The notes under the pieces were generated by a model that saw only the letters and a program-made list of their open reading frames with translations, ran no database searches and was not told the origin of the DNA. The position numbers were made by a program, and so were the translations under genes. A DNA stretch of 16,402 nt from Candidatus Sumerlaeia bacterium (GTDB taxonomy: Bacteria; Sumerlaeota; Sumerlaeia; SLMS01), in the NCBI GenBank assembly GCA_038208905.1, contig JBBQYG010000085.1, positions 1-16,402 on the forward strand. The letters are read 5' to 3'. Below are positions 15,178-16,402 of the stretch, piece by piece; the first letter of the stretch is position 1; each line of letters starts with the position of its first letter.

Positions 15178-16402
15178 ATGGGCATTCTCACGACCGCCGT
15201 CGTTGAAATAATTTGGAAGGAACTTGCAAAGCTGCTAGTCAAAGCCGCGACCGGCAGCAATACAGCCTCAGCCATTGCCGCTGAGCTTGCGGGCGCGGCG
15301 GGGAAGAGCCTCGCCGAGAAGATCATCCCGCCTTTGGTCGCCGCGTACGTCGGGCCGGTTGAGGATCACCCAGAGTTCCGGAACATGCCGGAGAACGACC
15401 GCGAGGCCGTGCGGCTCGAATTGATCGAAACCATGAAGTCCGCGCTCGACCGCGCCGTTCTGGGCCAACCACCTTACAAACTAAAAGAAGTTGTTCGCAG
15501 GCTGATCAAACTTCGCGGGCACAAGGGCTCACCCGTCGGTTTCTCTGCCGACGCATCGAGCATGTATCGGGAGGCTTTGGACGCCGCCGTGCGCGCCGTC
15601 ATCAAGATCGCAGAAAGCGCCCCGGAGTGGCACGCCGCCAATGCCGAACAGATTCACGCAAAACTCGACCAGATCGCCGATTCACTCGGCGCAGCGGCCA
15701 ATTCCCAAACTCAAGTTTTGAGTGTGCTCGACTACGTAGAGAAGTCGATTGCCCAATTGAATGCCAAAGAGTTCAAGGAGCGTCGCGACTTCTTGGAGGT
15801 CTACTACCGCGCCATCTGTGAGACACTGGATTGCATGGAGTTGTACGGACTCGACGTGCAGGAGGACAACCCCGCCCGGTCACAACGGCTCTCGGTGGCC
15901 TACATCTCTCTCAATCTCACGGCCAAGGGCGAGGAACAAAACCAAGGCTCGCGCTCGTGGGAGTCGGTGCTGGACACGCTGGAGGCACCCGCGAAGGGCC
16001 GACTGCTCGTTCGCGGCGACGCGGGTATGGGAAAGACGACACTGCTTCGCTGGGCCGCCATCGCGATCGCGTCGCAGGCAGAGCCCGACCATTGGAAGAA
16101 GGGCGGGGCATCCTACGAGCCCGGTCTGGCAGTGGAAGCCAGTCCGTTCTATCCACGCCTCCTCATTCGTGGCGATCGAGCGCGTTCGATTGCCGAAACC
16201 TGGCGCGGTAAGGTTCCGCTTCTTGTGATTCTCCGCGAATGCCCGGACGGGAGGTTACCCGACCTTGACCAGTTCCCCAAATTCGTCAGCACCGCCGTCG
16301 GCACTCCCCCCTTGGGGTTTGTGCGATGGCTGCTAGATGAGGGCAAGGCGCTGGTGATGATTGACGGGCTCGACGAAGTCCCCACGGGCCAACCGACGAA
16401 GT
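15178..16402 (+). CDS. NACHT-domain STAND NTPase (bacterial NLR-related) with an N-terminal helical NNH1-like region; 3' end lies outside the window
   Basis: Not in the ORF track because it has no stop in the window. GAGGGGAG RBS, then ATG at 15178 and an open frame to the end: MGILTTAVVEIIWKELAK...LDCMELYGLDV...LSVAYISLNL. Walker A RLLVRGDAGMGKTT (G at 16015), then WRGKVPLLVILR, and Walker B ALVMIDGLDEVP (16348-16383). Confidence 0.9.
   Translation, partial: MGILTTAVVEIIWKELAKLLVKAATGSNTASAIAAELAGAAGKSLAEKIIPPLVAAYVGPVEDHPEFRNMPENDREAVRLELIETMKSALDRAVLGQPPYKLKEVVRRLIKLRGHKGSPVGFSADASSMYREALDAAVRAVIKIAESAPEWHAANAEQIHAKLDQIADSLGAAANSQTQVLSVLDYVEKSIAQLNAKEFKERRDFLEVYYRAICETLDCMELYGLDVQEDNPARSQRLSVAYISLNLTAKGEEQNQGSRSWESVLDTLEAPAKGRLLVRGDAGMGKTTLLRWAAIAIASQAEPDHWKKGGASYEPGLAVEASPFYPRLLIRGDRARSIAETWRGKVPLLVILRECPDGRLPDLDQFPKFVSTAVGTPPLGFVRWLLDEGKALVMIDGLDEVPTGQPTK

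Noticed and set aside
15627-16385. Short ORFs listed in the track within the last 800 nt
   Set aside because: They are alternative frames of the NACHT gene, which is open from 15178 to the window end.
1-16402. CRISPR array, tRNA/rRNA, transposase or integrase
   Set aside because: No regularly spaced direct repeats, RNA gene signatures or mobile-element protein motifs were seen.

Overview
GC-rich bacterial window. The style of the prepilin-like genes (FTLIELLIVVAIIAILAAIxVPNFLEAQTRAKVSR...YDPTNG) and a ...WSLYN C-terminus suggest Candidatus Sumerlaeota (BRC1) or a relative; this is inference. From left to right it holds: (i) the 3' end of a beta-helix-type protein gene; (ii) a tightly coupled minus-strand operon hemA - hemC/hemD fusion - hemL - class A beta-lactamase-like serine hydrolase - yitJ-like HMT/MTHFR - small membrane protein; (iii) divergently, a His/CxxC small ORF ending in an RAPP-like motif (RWPP), then a prepilin/GspG-like gene, a secreted beta-helix protein, a second shortened prepilin-like gene and an SGNH hydrolase; (iv) a convergent HglS/YdcJ 2-oxoadipate dioxygenase gene; (v) a NACHT NTPase gene (NNH1-type N-terminus) that runs off the right edge and is missing from the ORF track. 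The strongest leads are a candidate metal-sensing ribosome-arrest leader (DUF2946/CruR-like) upstream of a pseudopilin, a YitJ whose methyltransferase domain has lost all three canonical Zn-binding cysteines, the NLR-like NACHT protein, and a possible lineage-specific C-terminal WxLY sorting motif.
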